This document shows, in pieces, positions 27,601 to 40,040 of a stretch of DNA of 64,000 bases. Position 1 is the stretch's first letter. Every line of letters starts with the position of its first letter. The translations under genes were made by a program, and so were the position numbers. A model generated the notes under the pieces. The model had not been told where the DNA came from and ran no database searches. It worked only from the letters and a program-made list of their open reading frames with translations. Source of the stretch: Yuukianura sp. NJ FZ-2021 (taxonomy: Eukaryota); assembly GCA_046563655.1 (NCBI GenBank), contig CM102284.1, forward strand, positions 8,866,001-8,930,000. Reading direction: 5' to 3'.

Positions 27601-30600
27601 GCTAGCGTAAAGTTTAAGGAATTAGAAAACACTTCAGTAACTTGTTACGGCGGGAAAGTGTCAAAAATTCTGCCACTTGGCGACATTTGCGACATTCGTC
27701 ACTTGGTGAGTTTTGTCGGGCGACATATTTTTTTTAACATTTTATTGACAAAAGTCGATATCTTACGAAATTTCTGACGGCGACATTCAAATTTACATTT
27801 ATCTTTCCAACATTCGCACGGCGACATTTCAACTAACTCGAATCGGAGACATTCCTAAGTTATTTGCCACAAGCAACAACATTCGTTAATTGCAATAGGG
27901 GTGACTGGCGACATTGAAACCGGCGACACGAATTTCGGCAGCATTGCAATTAAGGACATTAGTTGGCGACATTGCAATTTGTGACAGGTTATGGCGACAT
28001 TGAAACTAGTAAAATTCGACGCGGCGACATCGGTTACGGCGGCATTATCGTTTTAGGTTGTCGCCATTGGCGACTGACGCACTATGGGAGATGAGAAGAG
28101 AATGTGTCTCAACTTTTACGTGCAAAGTGAATGGAAAACCTGAAACACATTCCCTCTATATCTCCCACTGTGTGACGTTGAAATTGACGACATTGCCATT
28201 TGTGGTAGGTTATGGCGACATTGAAACTGGCAACATTCGGCGTTGCGACATTAGTTATAACGGTGACACTATCGTTTTGCAATCTCGCCATTGGCGACAT
28301 TGTATTCGTGAGGTTGCAGTTGGCGACATTGCAATTAACAATGTCGCCGCGATTCAACTAATGTTGCACCATTGCGATGGGCGACATTACGTTTGGTGAC
28401 ATTACAATTAGTGACATAGGTAATGGCGACATTCGTTTTACGACATTGCGATTGGCGACATCGCAATTTCAATTAAATTGGCGGGATTGCAGTTGGTGAC
28501 ATTTGATAGGTTATGGCGACATTGCAATTGACATTGGGGTTGGCGACATTGAAATTAATGACATAGGTAACGGCGACATTGAAGCTAGCGACACTAATAA
28601 ACTCCACAATGCTTTTGGCGACATAGGTTGCGGCGACGTCGTCGTTGCAGCTTGTTTAATTAAATTTCATGGCGACATTAAGGAGCACCAAGTTAAAAAA
28701 CCATCCTATTGTTCTAACAATTACGTTTTGCGTCTCAATTTCCCCAACCACCGAGCTTTTCATCCTGTAATTCTATATTTCATAATCGAAATACAGAACT
28801 TTTCTATATTTCTCATAATCGCAAAATATAGAATATGGAGCGTTCCATATTCTATATCTATATTCTATATTCTATATTTTCCATAATCTGAGTTGCAATT
28901 ACTCTCTATTGATTATACGAATACATATACTAATACTACACATATTTATAAATATTTTTAGATATTATATAAATATGTATGAATATATGTATATAAAATA
29001 TTTCGGAATGTAAAAATAGCGTGTTTTTTCCATATTTTTTTGTTGTAATATTTAATCTTTGAGGTTAACTTTTTAGTAAAGGCGTGTGAGATTGTTTTTT
29101 TTTGTAAGGCGTTTTGTGATTGGCTGAAATGGTGGGTATGTCTGTGCAGATTACGGTGGTGGTGTGATCTTTTGGAAAGAGGTTCACTTATTATCCACTT
29201 GGAATGATTGTTCACCTTAATCTTCTTGTGACTGTGTTATGTGTCTAGCATAAATGCTGATGCTGGGAAGTACATTCACGATACAGAGGGGAGTTAGTTG
29301 GCTTTTTGCAAAAGTTGAAAATTATTCACAGATCCACTTTTTATATTCCAATCTTTCTTTAGAGAAACTTGATTTTTTCTTGTCTAAAAAGTTTATAAAC
29401 TTAAAAAAACCTGTTGGAGAATACAGGTGAGTAAGGTGACAGATGAACAACAAATGATGAGGTGTTTCAACATTCTAAGAAACTTGAGCGTAGCTTAGTT
29501 CTTTAGAAAAAATCAAAATTTTTAAATTATTTTTTAAAATGATCTTGGCTAAAACCGGAACCACTTCTAGCGAAATTTTAAATCTTCCTGTTTTGTTTAC
29601 AGACAAATTCCAAATTAAGCCTTGGAACGTTTCCAACTTTTCTTTTCTCTGAATTTGAAACTTCTTTGTAATTTTTCGTTTTGTAAGTAAGGTAAACACG
29701 GATAGATGATGCGCGGAAATTTTTGTTTGGGTTTTCCTAAGTTCCTCTTTTGCTAAAATTAAACTCATTTCAATGTCATTTTCATTGAAAAGATTGCGAA
29801 AGTGTGAATCGGAGTTGCTCATAATATAACGTTAGTTGTTAGTTTTTGTTACTGCGGTTAAAAGACAAGTGGAAGTGACCGCCACCTTTGTTAATCTAAA
29901 ATGTCAAAGTCATTTCCTACGTCACTTGTTGTCATTAAATGTGAATCCTCTTGGTCAACTTGTGCCGACGGGATTCAAAATAAGCTTTTTAGGATTTAGA
30001 AGAAGCGGATTGTGGTTTCAGAATGAAAAAAAGTTAATATGTGATGCAAAAGTGATCTGACTCACAAAGCGCAACGAAATGAGAAGTCAAGTGGATTAAA
30101 TTGTGCGTTGATGAATTGACGCTGCGATGAGTTTTTTTTTATTAAATGTTGAATCATGTTGTGAAACGCGCCGTAACAGAAGATCGTACGATGCGAATAG
30201 GATGAATGATGATGTAGATGATCTAGACGGTGAAATTTTTGAAATTTTGACACGTCCAATTGTACAGGTCGAATTGGTTAGGAAAAAGTGATGATTTCAT
30301 TTTTAAGTTAACAAAATTTTATGTTGCGGATGTGATGTGGGTGGTGGTGTGATCCTAAATAATTCCATGACATATGAAACCTAACCTATAGTTAAGCTTA
30401 CCTAACACAGCTTGTTAAATTACAACGGTAACTGATGCATCACTCCACTTAACTTCGGTAAATAAAGCTTAATAGGCGTGACAAATTTTTAGTGAAATCT
30501 GAATCATCATTTAACAGATTGAGGAGGATTGTTAGGATGAAATTCTTAGAGATTTCGCACTTGAAAAGTTACGTTTTTGTTAAAATCTTTGGAAGAATGG

Positions 30601-33600
30601 GCATTGTAGGTTACGTTTTGAGGTTAAGGTTACCTGTTGATGTTGATTAGTTAACACAGAGGTATGAAAATCTGAGAAAGATTGCAACAGACGAAAAATA
30701 AGTTTTGGCCTCTTGACAATAACTTGATGTTGTTGCGAAATTTCTCCTCTTCGAAGTGTTGTCTATTTGCTCATTTCAAAATGGGATGGCGTGTGACTTG
30801 GTTTAATAAACAGGAGAACTTTAATTATAAAGTTTTAGAAGTTTTTTTTTGTAGGAAATTGAAATTGGCGAATTTCGCAAATTTTGATTTTCGCTAAATT
30901 CAATTTGACGCGAGTTTTATTCTTTTGTAAAATTTTGAAATGGTGGTAGACTTTGCACAATTTTTTGGCGGATGTTGAAATTTAAAAAAAAATACATTTC
31001 AGGATGTTGAAATTAAAACAAAAATACATTTCAGGATTCAGAATTTTTTTTTGCTTTTGAAATTAATTTTTGTGTTTAATATGACGTGTGCGTAGGGTTT
31101 AGAGGTAGAAGAATCTCACGAACCACATTGCAGAATGAGAAGCTGCCAAGTTTTTCTCATGATTCCACTACTAATTTCCCATAACCTAACAATTGCTTTT
31201 AGAAGTTGAAGTAAACCCACAGTATGTTGGTGGTTCATAAGTTTATAATACTGGCAATTGAAGTAGTGGCTTGACCAGTTGCTGTCTGGTAGTCGCCAGT
31301 TGATTTGCACAGTCTCTCCCCCCGTTTCACCTGTCCATCCCACTAAATTTCTAACTTCTTCATTCATTCAATTCTTAAGAGTAGGACACGACGACGCGAC
31401 TCTCAAAAGTGACTCGGAAGTTCTTGGACAATAAACTGTCAGAACTTCGAATTTTGAAACTTAGGTTTATGAAAAATTTAGAATTTTGAAATTGAGAAGG
31501 AGTGAAGGACGGATGGTTTTGAGCTGCAAAAATTTTGAGAGAGCGAGAGCGTAAAACTTTTTCAAAGGAGGCCAGTGACCATCAAAATCTCTTCACTTTC
31601 TCCTTTTTTCTTCAACTTTTGAAGTTTTGAACTTTTGAAAAGTGGAAGTTCTTCAGTGTGTAGTTTTTGTTGTTATTGCGATGGAATATTTTTGAAAAAG
31701 GCTACTAAAAAGAGGTGGATCAACAACTAAATTGTTCGTGGGAATCAAGATTTTTAGTGTAATTTGAAGGATTCGTGAACTGGTTGGGCTGAAATCCTTG
31801 ACTGGAGTCTTTGGCTCTGCCCTCTCCATCTACTAAAGTTTAGTTTAAAATGAAAATGGACATGGACGAGTCACATTTCGTGTCTGCCAATGCTGTTCTA
31901 TGGTAAATCTACTCAACTATTTACTACTACTGGGTGAACATCCTTGGAATTATTTTTGTGCAATCTTCGTGTCTCCCTGAAGTGTCTCTCTTTTGTTCTT
32001 CTTCTTTGAAGTTGTGAATTGTGTGTCAATAGTTAAGGAAATGTTGTGGTCAACAATCTTATTCACAAGTGTAGGAAATCGTTTTCTTATAAGTTCAGTT
32101 GTGGGAACAGAAAAAAGTTTTAGCCTTCTGTTGAGAACGAGGACATGATGACACACAATTAAACTTTAACTTTATAGGCGTTTTTCGATTAAAAATTACG
32201 AGTTTCGATTTTTTAGCGAAGCGTCTAATAGCTGAGTGTTTAAACTTTCGTTTTGAAGCAGCTATCACCAAGGGCTGTTTTGTTTTAAAATATGTCTGAG
32301 GTCAAAGTTCAATTTTGTCATGTCACTTGTGAAACTGGTATATTATGTTTTTCAGGGTTAGCTTTTTTAGTATTTGGGCAAAAAATTTGGGTTTTGAGTG
32401 TAAGATTGAAAATGGCGTGACATTTTGTTTTTGAGGCAGGTCACGTTTTATGAAATTTTGAAAGTGAGAGTTTGGCTTTCTCTTTTAAGTAATCAGAGAT
32501 GTTGATTAATCCTCTAATTTTTAGATGTTTGAGTTTCAGCATCAGAATGAACATAAAAAGTGGAAGTGTTTTGGTCAAGGTGACTTCTGAGTAGCATAGA
32601 CGTCATTCCCTCAGTTTTCCCGTAAATAATACACTCAAATTGACTAGAAAACTTTTCGGAGAAAATTTTTTTTTTCTTTTTGAAATTTTAATTTCGTGTA
32701 AAATCGAAATATGGATTTGGCTCTTAAAAGAACTTTTGCATACCAAAACAAGGTTATTTTGGAGGAAATTGGTGTTTAGGTGCCTTTCCGGTGGAAATTG
32801 GAAATTTAAATGGGTTTTTAATTTTAGAAATGAAGATTTTAGAAACTGAATTTTCGTCATTAACTTTTAGTTCATTGTAGAAAATGAGTTGACTTCTATC
32901 CGGTTTTTTTTTGAAAATGAAATGGAACTTGCATTACATAGCCAATAGAGTTAGAGTTAAACCAGGGAATTCTAAAGTCATTAAGGTTGAATGAAATGAA
33001 CTAGTTTGTTCAGAATTTGTCTAATGACTTGATTTTTTTGGTTTTTGCAGTAGATCGAGTGGTGGTAGCTCAAATGGTGGTCGGAGGAAAGCGTCCCGAT
33101 GGGACCCGACTGAAGCTCCGAACAAATCCACCGGAAGTCTCCTGACCACGATGGAACACTTTGTTCAAACCGTGGACGACATGAATGAAACGATTCTCGT
33201 GCCGTGTCGTCTCATGGATGCTAAATTTGACTCTCCGACGACCCAGCAAGTGCATGACCCCAAGGCCCATGTTCTCTCCAATCTAAGTGGAGTTGACCTG
33301 TTTCAGTTCTACACAATCCTCAACTCTGTCAAGAGTGACCTCATGTGGGGAAGCAAGAGTCAGACGGCTGGAAATGCTCCAGGCAGCACCGGAAGCAGCA
33401 GCAGCAGCGGCGTTCCGTCGACCGTTGCATCGTCAGTGTGCAATTCAAATTTTTCAGTGCTGGCTCAGTCTTCTGCCTCCTCGGCAAGTATAGTTTCCAA
33501 TGGAAGCGGAGAGGTCAAAGGGCACAAGCGACGACCGTCCACAGTGTCCACCACTTCGTCCGCTTCCGTTAGTGACACTGGTGAGCACAGATTTGGTAAA

Positions 33601-33844
33601 AAGTCAAATTTTAGCACTTGATTTTGAGTTTTTTTGTTTCGTTTTTTAAATTGTGTTTTTCTTTTAACCAGAATTTTCTGAACTGAATGATGATTCGGGT
33701 GTGGAAGGAGAAGAAGAATTTTCTCAGCACATTGCGGATACTTTCCAGCATCATCTGAAGGGACTTCAGCAGTGTCTGCGTGACCTCACTTTGGCAGCCA
33801 ACTATGTCACAAACAGATACAACAATGACCTTGGAGGTGCATAA
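24682..33844 (+). CDS. MID1IP1: Spot14/MID1IP1 (THRSP) family protein with a long first intron
   Basis: Phase-2 exon 24682-24785 joins in frame to the exon at 33051; motifs SLLTTMEHFVQTVDDMNETILVPCRLMD and FQHHLKGLQQCLRDLTLAANYVTNRY. Confidence 0.85.
27344..28908. mobile_element. Putative non-autonomous TIR element with internal GGCGACATT repeat array, possibly nested
   Basis: 16-bp TIR TAGAGAGTAATTGCAA / TTGCAATTACTCTCTA, subterminal ATATAGA/TCTATAT repeats, imperfect 8-bp flanks TACATTAT vs TTGATTAT; dozens of GGCGACAT/ATGTCGCC motifs at 27535-28680. Confidence 0.7.
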
Positions 33845-35553
33845 AGTCATAAGTAGCCCAAAAGTTCACTACTAGCAAGGTTGGTCTTTAAGAGGTTTGG
33901 CAATAGCTCGAGCTCCTAATTTTTTAAGCAAAATTTTCGAAAACGAATTTACCCAAGTTCAGTCGTCGTCGTTATGGCAATTTGAATTTAAAAAATGGAA
34001 AATTAAAAATCCTTCCATGGCTTCCCATGCACTGCTCTGTCAAATGAAACTGGTTTTTCACACTCGTAAACAAAATTGGTTCCAAATTGGTTCCATTTTT
34101 TGTTTGTTTGCCGATTTTTTCAAACATCGAGGTATTGCCTAACCTCTTTAAAGAAGCGTTGCTATAGTAACCTTGACTACTAGAGTCTAAAAAGTCTATA
34201 AAAGTCTCCTAAAACGAATTTTATATTATAGTTCTTTTCAATTTTTGTCTAAATAGATTCCTTTTTAGTGCTAAAAATGGGTTTTTCTTCTTTTTTTTTT
34301 TTTATTATTGTACTATTCGAACAATCGTTTAGAAACGGACTTTTAACTTCAAGTTTTCGTTCTTTCGAAATCTAAAAATTCTTCTTTTTTCATATTCTCG
34401 TGTTTTTAAAACTTTTCGTTCTTGCACTTGCTCGGAATCTAAAGTTTAATTAACTTAAATGTAATTAACTAAGTTTAGAATTCCTGACGAATGTAAATTA
34501 ATGACAAATGTTAGATTGGTTTTTCATAGTGGATGAAACATGTCAGTCGATGTTAACTTCACTCACTCAGTTTCCAAAATTTTGAAATTTCATATTTCAG
34601 GTTAGAGTTTTCAAAAAATAAAACACTTCCGGTGATCTACCCTCTCACCCTCTGCTGAAAATGTTAATGTTATCCCATTCCGTCGCAATATCAACACGTC
34701 TTCCACTGCACTCTTGCACTGCTTCATTTTTTGAAAGGTGTCTGTTTTCAAAAAATAATTCGAATTTTTGTTTCGAAAAACTTTTTGTTTTTGCACAAGT
34801 GAAACGTTTTCACTGAAAAGTGAAAAAGGCTGTGCAAAGGAAGAGGGAAGGTCCCAGGAAGTGAACTCTGACTTTTGAAAAATAGGGGAAATGAGTTTAA
34901 AAATTTTAGTTCAAGGGTTAACAATTCGCAAAAATATGTTAGGATAGCTAAAATTGTTATGTTAGAGTTAAAGTTAGTTAAAATAGTTAGTGTTAAAGTT
35001 AAAACTAGGTGAACAATGTAGGAAAGGAAGTGTAATGTGGGAAGTTAACATCAGTTATTCATCTGTGATACAAATAACAGTTCTGAGAACAGAGCCAGGG
35101 ACGTTCATAATTATGAATTGGGAATAAAAACGAAAGTTAGCAACGCTTGAAGTGAGAGTGTGGGATAGTTATCTCGTAAATCGGAAAAAATTAGTTAAAT
35201 TCCTAGTGGAAAAATGACGTTTTAATTACCGAGTTGATTTTTCATTGAAATTGGTAGGTTCCTGTGTTTGTGTAGTTAGTTAACCTCAGCCACTCCTTGG
35301 ACTTGGAGTTTAGTTTTTTAGTCTTTGTTTCTCAATTTTTCTTATTTTGTGGTAATGAAATTTTGAAAACAGGACAGGAAACAGAATTGGTTTGAACTCT
35401 GACAGGAAGTTCAGTTCCTGTACAATTCTGTTTTGGATTTCAGTTTTTCAAAGTGGAATTCGCAGATTTTTGTAAAAAGCCAAGAGTTTGTAGAAGCGCA
35501 AGAATTTTTAGAAAACGAAGAATTCGAACTTCAAAAAGTTAAATTTTTGAAAA

Positions 35554-37453
35554 ATGAAGCCAGTTTTGGCTTTGTTAATTTTGGCAGTAGGAGTATGTGC
35601 TGATCAAGCTGCGGAGGAGTCGCGGACTCGACCTCTGCCTCCAAGAAGTCACCCTCCGGCGGGACCTACAGTTAAACTTGGTAAAAATTTAGATTTTCAA
35701 AATTTTGAAAAAAAAAAAATTGAAAATTCACTTTTTCTGACTTCCAGGATCCTACAGAGTTCATGCGGACAAGATCACAGTTTCAGGATTCTCCAGCGGA
35801 GGGTCAATGGCTCAACAATTGCAAATATCTCACTCGTCTCTCTTCAGTGGCATTGCTGTTTTCTCACATAGTAAGTTGACCTTTGACCTTTGACCTTGGA
35901 AAAACTATGTTAATGAACTATTTTTTTTAGCTTATTATAGGTGTGGACCAGGAAATGCAATTGAGATGGAGTATGACAACGCGTGTACCACTTTGGGTGG
36001 ACCAAACAGCCGACTTTGGGACCCCGAACGGGCACGCCGTGACATTGAGCAGTACGCCCGTCAAGGACTAATTGACAACACAAGTAATTTGCAGAACAAG
36101 AAACTGTACGTTTACACTGGAACGCACAACTGGCTCTTCACAACAGGTTAGACAAGCACAATTTGACGAGCAGGCGTTAAAAAGTTTGATTTTTCAAAAA
36201 ATTTACGACATTTTGGAAAGTTTTTGTGTAAATTTTGTGGCTTTTTAGACCAGAGTTTGCGAATTGTGAATATTTATGAGCCGTTGATCCGAAATCCAGC
36301 GGCCATCATGACCAGAGTTCAAGCTGCCAATTTGACACTGGTAAAAACTGAAAAAAAAATTAAATTTCAAAATTTTGAGAAAATTTTGGAAAAAATTTAG
36401 CCTAGCGACACATTTGGAGGATCCTGTGCAGCCGATTCGACTACAAACTTTTTGATCTCCAACTGCGGACTTTCTGGCCCGCATGAAGCCCTTCGTTTCA
36501 TCTTGGGAGACTTTGTTCGGAAACCGGACCGTATTGATTTTGAAAATTCAAAATTTCAGAAAAAGAAAAATTCGAAATTTTGTTTTTTTTTTCAAATTTT
36601 TTTTTGTAGCCCAACGACGGGTGAACCTCCAACCACTTCAAATGTTTGACCAACGAGACTTTTTTGAAGCCAACACGCGACCAGGAATGGACGATGTTGG
36701 ATTTCTGTACGTTCCGCAGTACTGTCGCGGCGGTTACAACCGTTGTTACCTCCACTTCTACTTTCATGGATGTTCTCTCGGACGGTATTATGTTTCAAAA
36801 AAGTTTCAAAATTTTCAAGAATTTTCAAAATTTTGAACCCCTTGTAGAGAATTTGTGTCGGATAATCATATTCGACGCAGCGGGTATTTGGAGTTGGCTG
36901 AAGAAAATGGCATCATCATGGTATTTCCACAAGCACAAAAAATGTTACCGGAAAACGAAATTGGATGCTGGGATACTTATGGCCTCACATCAACTCTTTA
37001 CGGTTTTCATGATTTGAAATTTTGGAACTTTTTCAAAACTTTAAATTTTACAAAAATTTTACAGCTACTCAACGAGGACTGCAAGTTGCCGTTGTTCGTA
37101 GAATGATTACTCAAATTTTGAAACCCACTTTTCAAAATTCTGCTTCAAGTGGATATGGCGGCAGTAGAGGTTCTGGAACTACGAATGCTGCCAACAGTTT
37201 CACCACCAGAAGGAACACTGGAAACAGTTACACTGGAAACAGTTACACTGGAAATAGTTACACTGGAAACAGTTACAGTTACGCTTTTCAAAGTTACAAC
37301 CCAGTTCCAGTGTCGAGCAACGATGTGCAGACGAGGGGTTACCAGGGGTCACGCGTACGGTGGACACGATATGACCCCTGGACAGAGTTAGTACTTCCAC
37401 TATTTACTCGGCCCGAACTCTTTGCATTTCTGGCCATAAGTCAAATTCTGTAA
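35554..37453 (+). CDS. Secreted poly(3-hydroxybutyrate) depolymerase-like alpha/beta hydrolase, multi-exon
   Basis: Signal peptide; ITVSGFSSGGSMA lipase box; GFLYVPQYC..CYLHFYFHGC; GYLELAEENGIIMVFPQ; NEIGCWD. Confidence 0.85.
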
Positions 37454-38577
37454 AAGTTCCTGTAAAACGATAGCAAATTCATAATTTATTATAAATTAAT
37501 TAATTTCAAGTACAAAGTTTAATTTTTTGAAAAAAAAAACAACAACAATTTTGAAAAAGATTTGACTCTCATTTCCTATAACAGGTACTAATCCAGAGTG
37601 ACCAAACCAAACACAAAGTTCTGGACACAAAACCATGAGAAAGTTCATTGACCAAATAAAAAATAGTTCCGAAATCATCTGAAATCTCAAATTGCAAATT
37701 TTTTGTGCCAAACTAAGCAGTAGGATATTTAGGAAGGAGAACGAACGGAGCAATGGATTTTTATAAATGTGTGGAAAGTTGAAGATTTTTGAAGAGTCTT
37801 TTACATTGGAGATGGTCGGGAGAGCAGAAAAGTAGATCGGAGATTATACGAGGCGAAGAGGCGACATAGATCTTTTGCTCTCCTTTGCTTTTTGTATGGG
37901 AATGCATGTGCCGGGAGAAGGATAGGGAAGGGAGTGTAGCCTTCCTGCTTCGCATAATCTCCTGTCAACTTTTCCTCTCTTCTGCCTATCCCCCAATGTT
38001 AAACTTCAGTTCAAAATCAGAGTGGGTGACAAGGGTGGTGTGCAGTAACTGCTACAAAAACCACACAAATTCAGAGGGTGATACGAATTGTGCGAGTAAC
38101 TGCTACACCAACCACAGAAATTATTCAAACACTAATTTCGACCATATTCCCGCGCTTTTGAGAAAGTTGTGTCTCACGTCGTATAGCTTCATTTTTCTGG
38201 TTGGAACAATAGCAAACAAAACTGTTTTAATTAATTACTTAATTTACTTGCAATTAATATGATATTATGGTAATTAATTGAGACAGCTCAGTTAATGATT
38301 GACGTAATGATGAGGTTATGTCACTATGCTTGTGTTCTTAGGATGTTTATAATTTATAATTTATAGAAATGGGTGGAAAAGTACGGTTCACATTGCAAAA
38401 CAACATTTTGCCTTTGCGTAATTTTCCAAAAAAAAATCATCTTCATGGTCAAGTTTTAGGAAAATGGACAGGATTGTTCTCTCACCTTTGAAAATTCCTG
38501 TTGTTTTTATTATTATTTTCATTTTTTAATGTTTTGAAGTAAAAAATCGAGGTAATGTGAGGCTATGTTTTAATGAA

Positions 38578-38702
38578 ACTAGACGGAACCCGTGATGTTT
38601 ACACATCACGATGACATGGAGCAAGAGGATTTTTAACATTTTGTCAAAAATCCCCTAGCTCTTTCGTTTGACCCAACGATGCATCACGGGTTTCTGGCTA
38701 GT
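38578..38702. mobile_element. Short element bounded by inverted Helitron-3'-end-like motifs
   Basis: ACTAGACGGAACCCGTGATG..CATCACG at left and CATCACGGGTTTCTGGCTAGT at right (hairpin plus CTAGT). Confidence 0.45.
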
Positions 38703-39480
38703 TGAATAGAAAATGCATTGTCGAGGCTGGGGGGGCAAGCCCCCCCAGACCCCCCCCCCTGCTTCTGAGTTGAGATGGAATTTTTGGAAGTCTGTGCTTG
38801 GAGGAGTAATGGAAAAGGGACACCCCTGAATCTTTCCACTCTTCCACACAGAGAGTTCTTTGCACATATAGTTTGCATGGTGATGCTATTAACATTGGGA
38901 CGGAGCAACGCTCGTCAATTAGAGTATGATGAATGAGTTTCACGCCAGATGAAAAATTTGCATATCGAAATATAGAAAAATAAATATCAACCACTGAGGC
39001 TAGATTAATTTTATTTTTCAACAGGCGTCTTGAGTAACTCAAAATGAGAAATTTCACCTGCTTTGTTGGTATAAAAATTGAGAAACTTTGCGAAATCTCG
39101 CAATTTTTTTCACATATAAAGTCAAGGGCGAATTTCATTGTTCATATAAAATTCCCATAGGCTTAGCGAATTGAAATTGACGAACATGTTTGAGGTTTAA
39201 TTTAAAATTCACAAAAGCCAAAGCTTTCGCAATGTCAATGTCACAGTTGTTGCAAAATTTGGGAAACCCCAAAAAAGAAGCAGCCTGTTCCGTTTTATGT
39301 TGAATTTAAAAAAATTTGCATGTCTTTAATGGCCTTGTTGGAGCATTTGTAAATTTTTACTTCATTGTAAATGTTGCAACGCGTCGAATTTCATCTCTTT
39401 AAGCTGGACCAAAATTATCCGGAAATTGAAAATTGGGCAACTTATTTTTTTTTCTGTAAAAATAAATAGTAATTGAGCGG

Positions 39481-39650
39481 GAGATCGGTGGTATGTGTGT
39501 TTCCCACTAACCAGAGAGATGTGGGTTCGAGTCCCACCGTCCGAGGGGGGCGGCAGTTCCACTACACGCAGTCGGCAGTCCCTCCTCTTGCACGTAGCTT
39601 AAGCAAAAGCGACTGTGTGGCCTAAACAATACTATCGGCAAATTTTTTTT
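39481..39650 (+). ncRNA. Circularly permuted tRNA-like gene, unit 1
   Basis: 3' half first (T-arm GTGGG-TTCGAGT-CCCAC 39521-39537, acceptor 3' strand CGTCCGA), then 5' half (TTGCACG-TA-GCTT-AAGCAA-AAGC-G-ACTGT 39588-39616); terminal stem; T8 at 39643-39650. Confidence 0.72.
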
Positions 39651-39760
39651 CGTAATATTATATTAACAAAGTCAAAAAATATAAAACTAAAAGTATACTG
39701 CCCGAACCCTCCCAAAGAGAAATGTCTAAAAAAAATCCCTGAAAGTAGCGATGTTGGGGC

Positions 39761-39944
39761 TAGAGGTTGGTGGTATGCGTGTTTTCCACTAAGCAGGAAG
39801 ATGTGGGTTCGAGTCCCACCGTCCGAGGCCTTGGAGAGCCAGTGCCTATTCCGCAGAAACGGAATAGAGCCAGTGCCTCCTTTGTCTCGCACGTAGCTTA
39901 AGTAAAAGCGACTGTGTGGCCTAAACAAATGCCACCTTTTTTTT
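39761..39944 (+). ncRNA. Circularly permuted tRNA-like gene, unit 2
   Basis: CCAC-TAA-GCAGG-AAGAT-T-arm-CGTCCGAG (39786-39827); insert hairpin; TCGCACG-TA-D-arm-ACTGT-GTGG-CCT-AAAC (39887-39926); T8 at 39937-39944. Confidence 0.78.
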
Positions 39945-40040
39945 CGTAATATTATATTAACAAAGTCAAATATAAAGCTAAGAACCTGAAAAAAAAAGAA
40001 ATTCTTAAAAAATCGCTAAAAGTACGGATGTTAGGGGGAT

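Noticed and set aside
28058-28886. GDI-repeat ORFs
   Set aside because: Products of the GGCGACATT DNA repeat, with no coherent gene structure.
39588-39827. Ordinary tRNA with a long intron formed from the 5' half of one unit and the 3' half of the next
   Set aside because: The intron would contain a T8 Pol III terminator, and this reading leaves an orphan 3' half at the start of the array and an orphan 5' half at the end.
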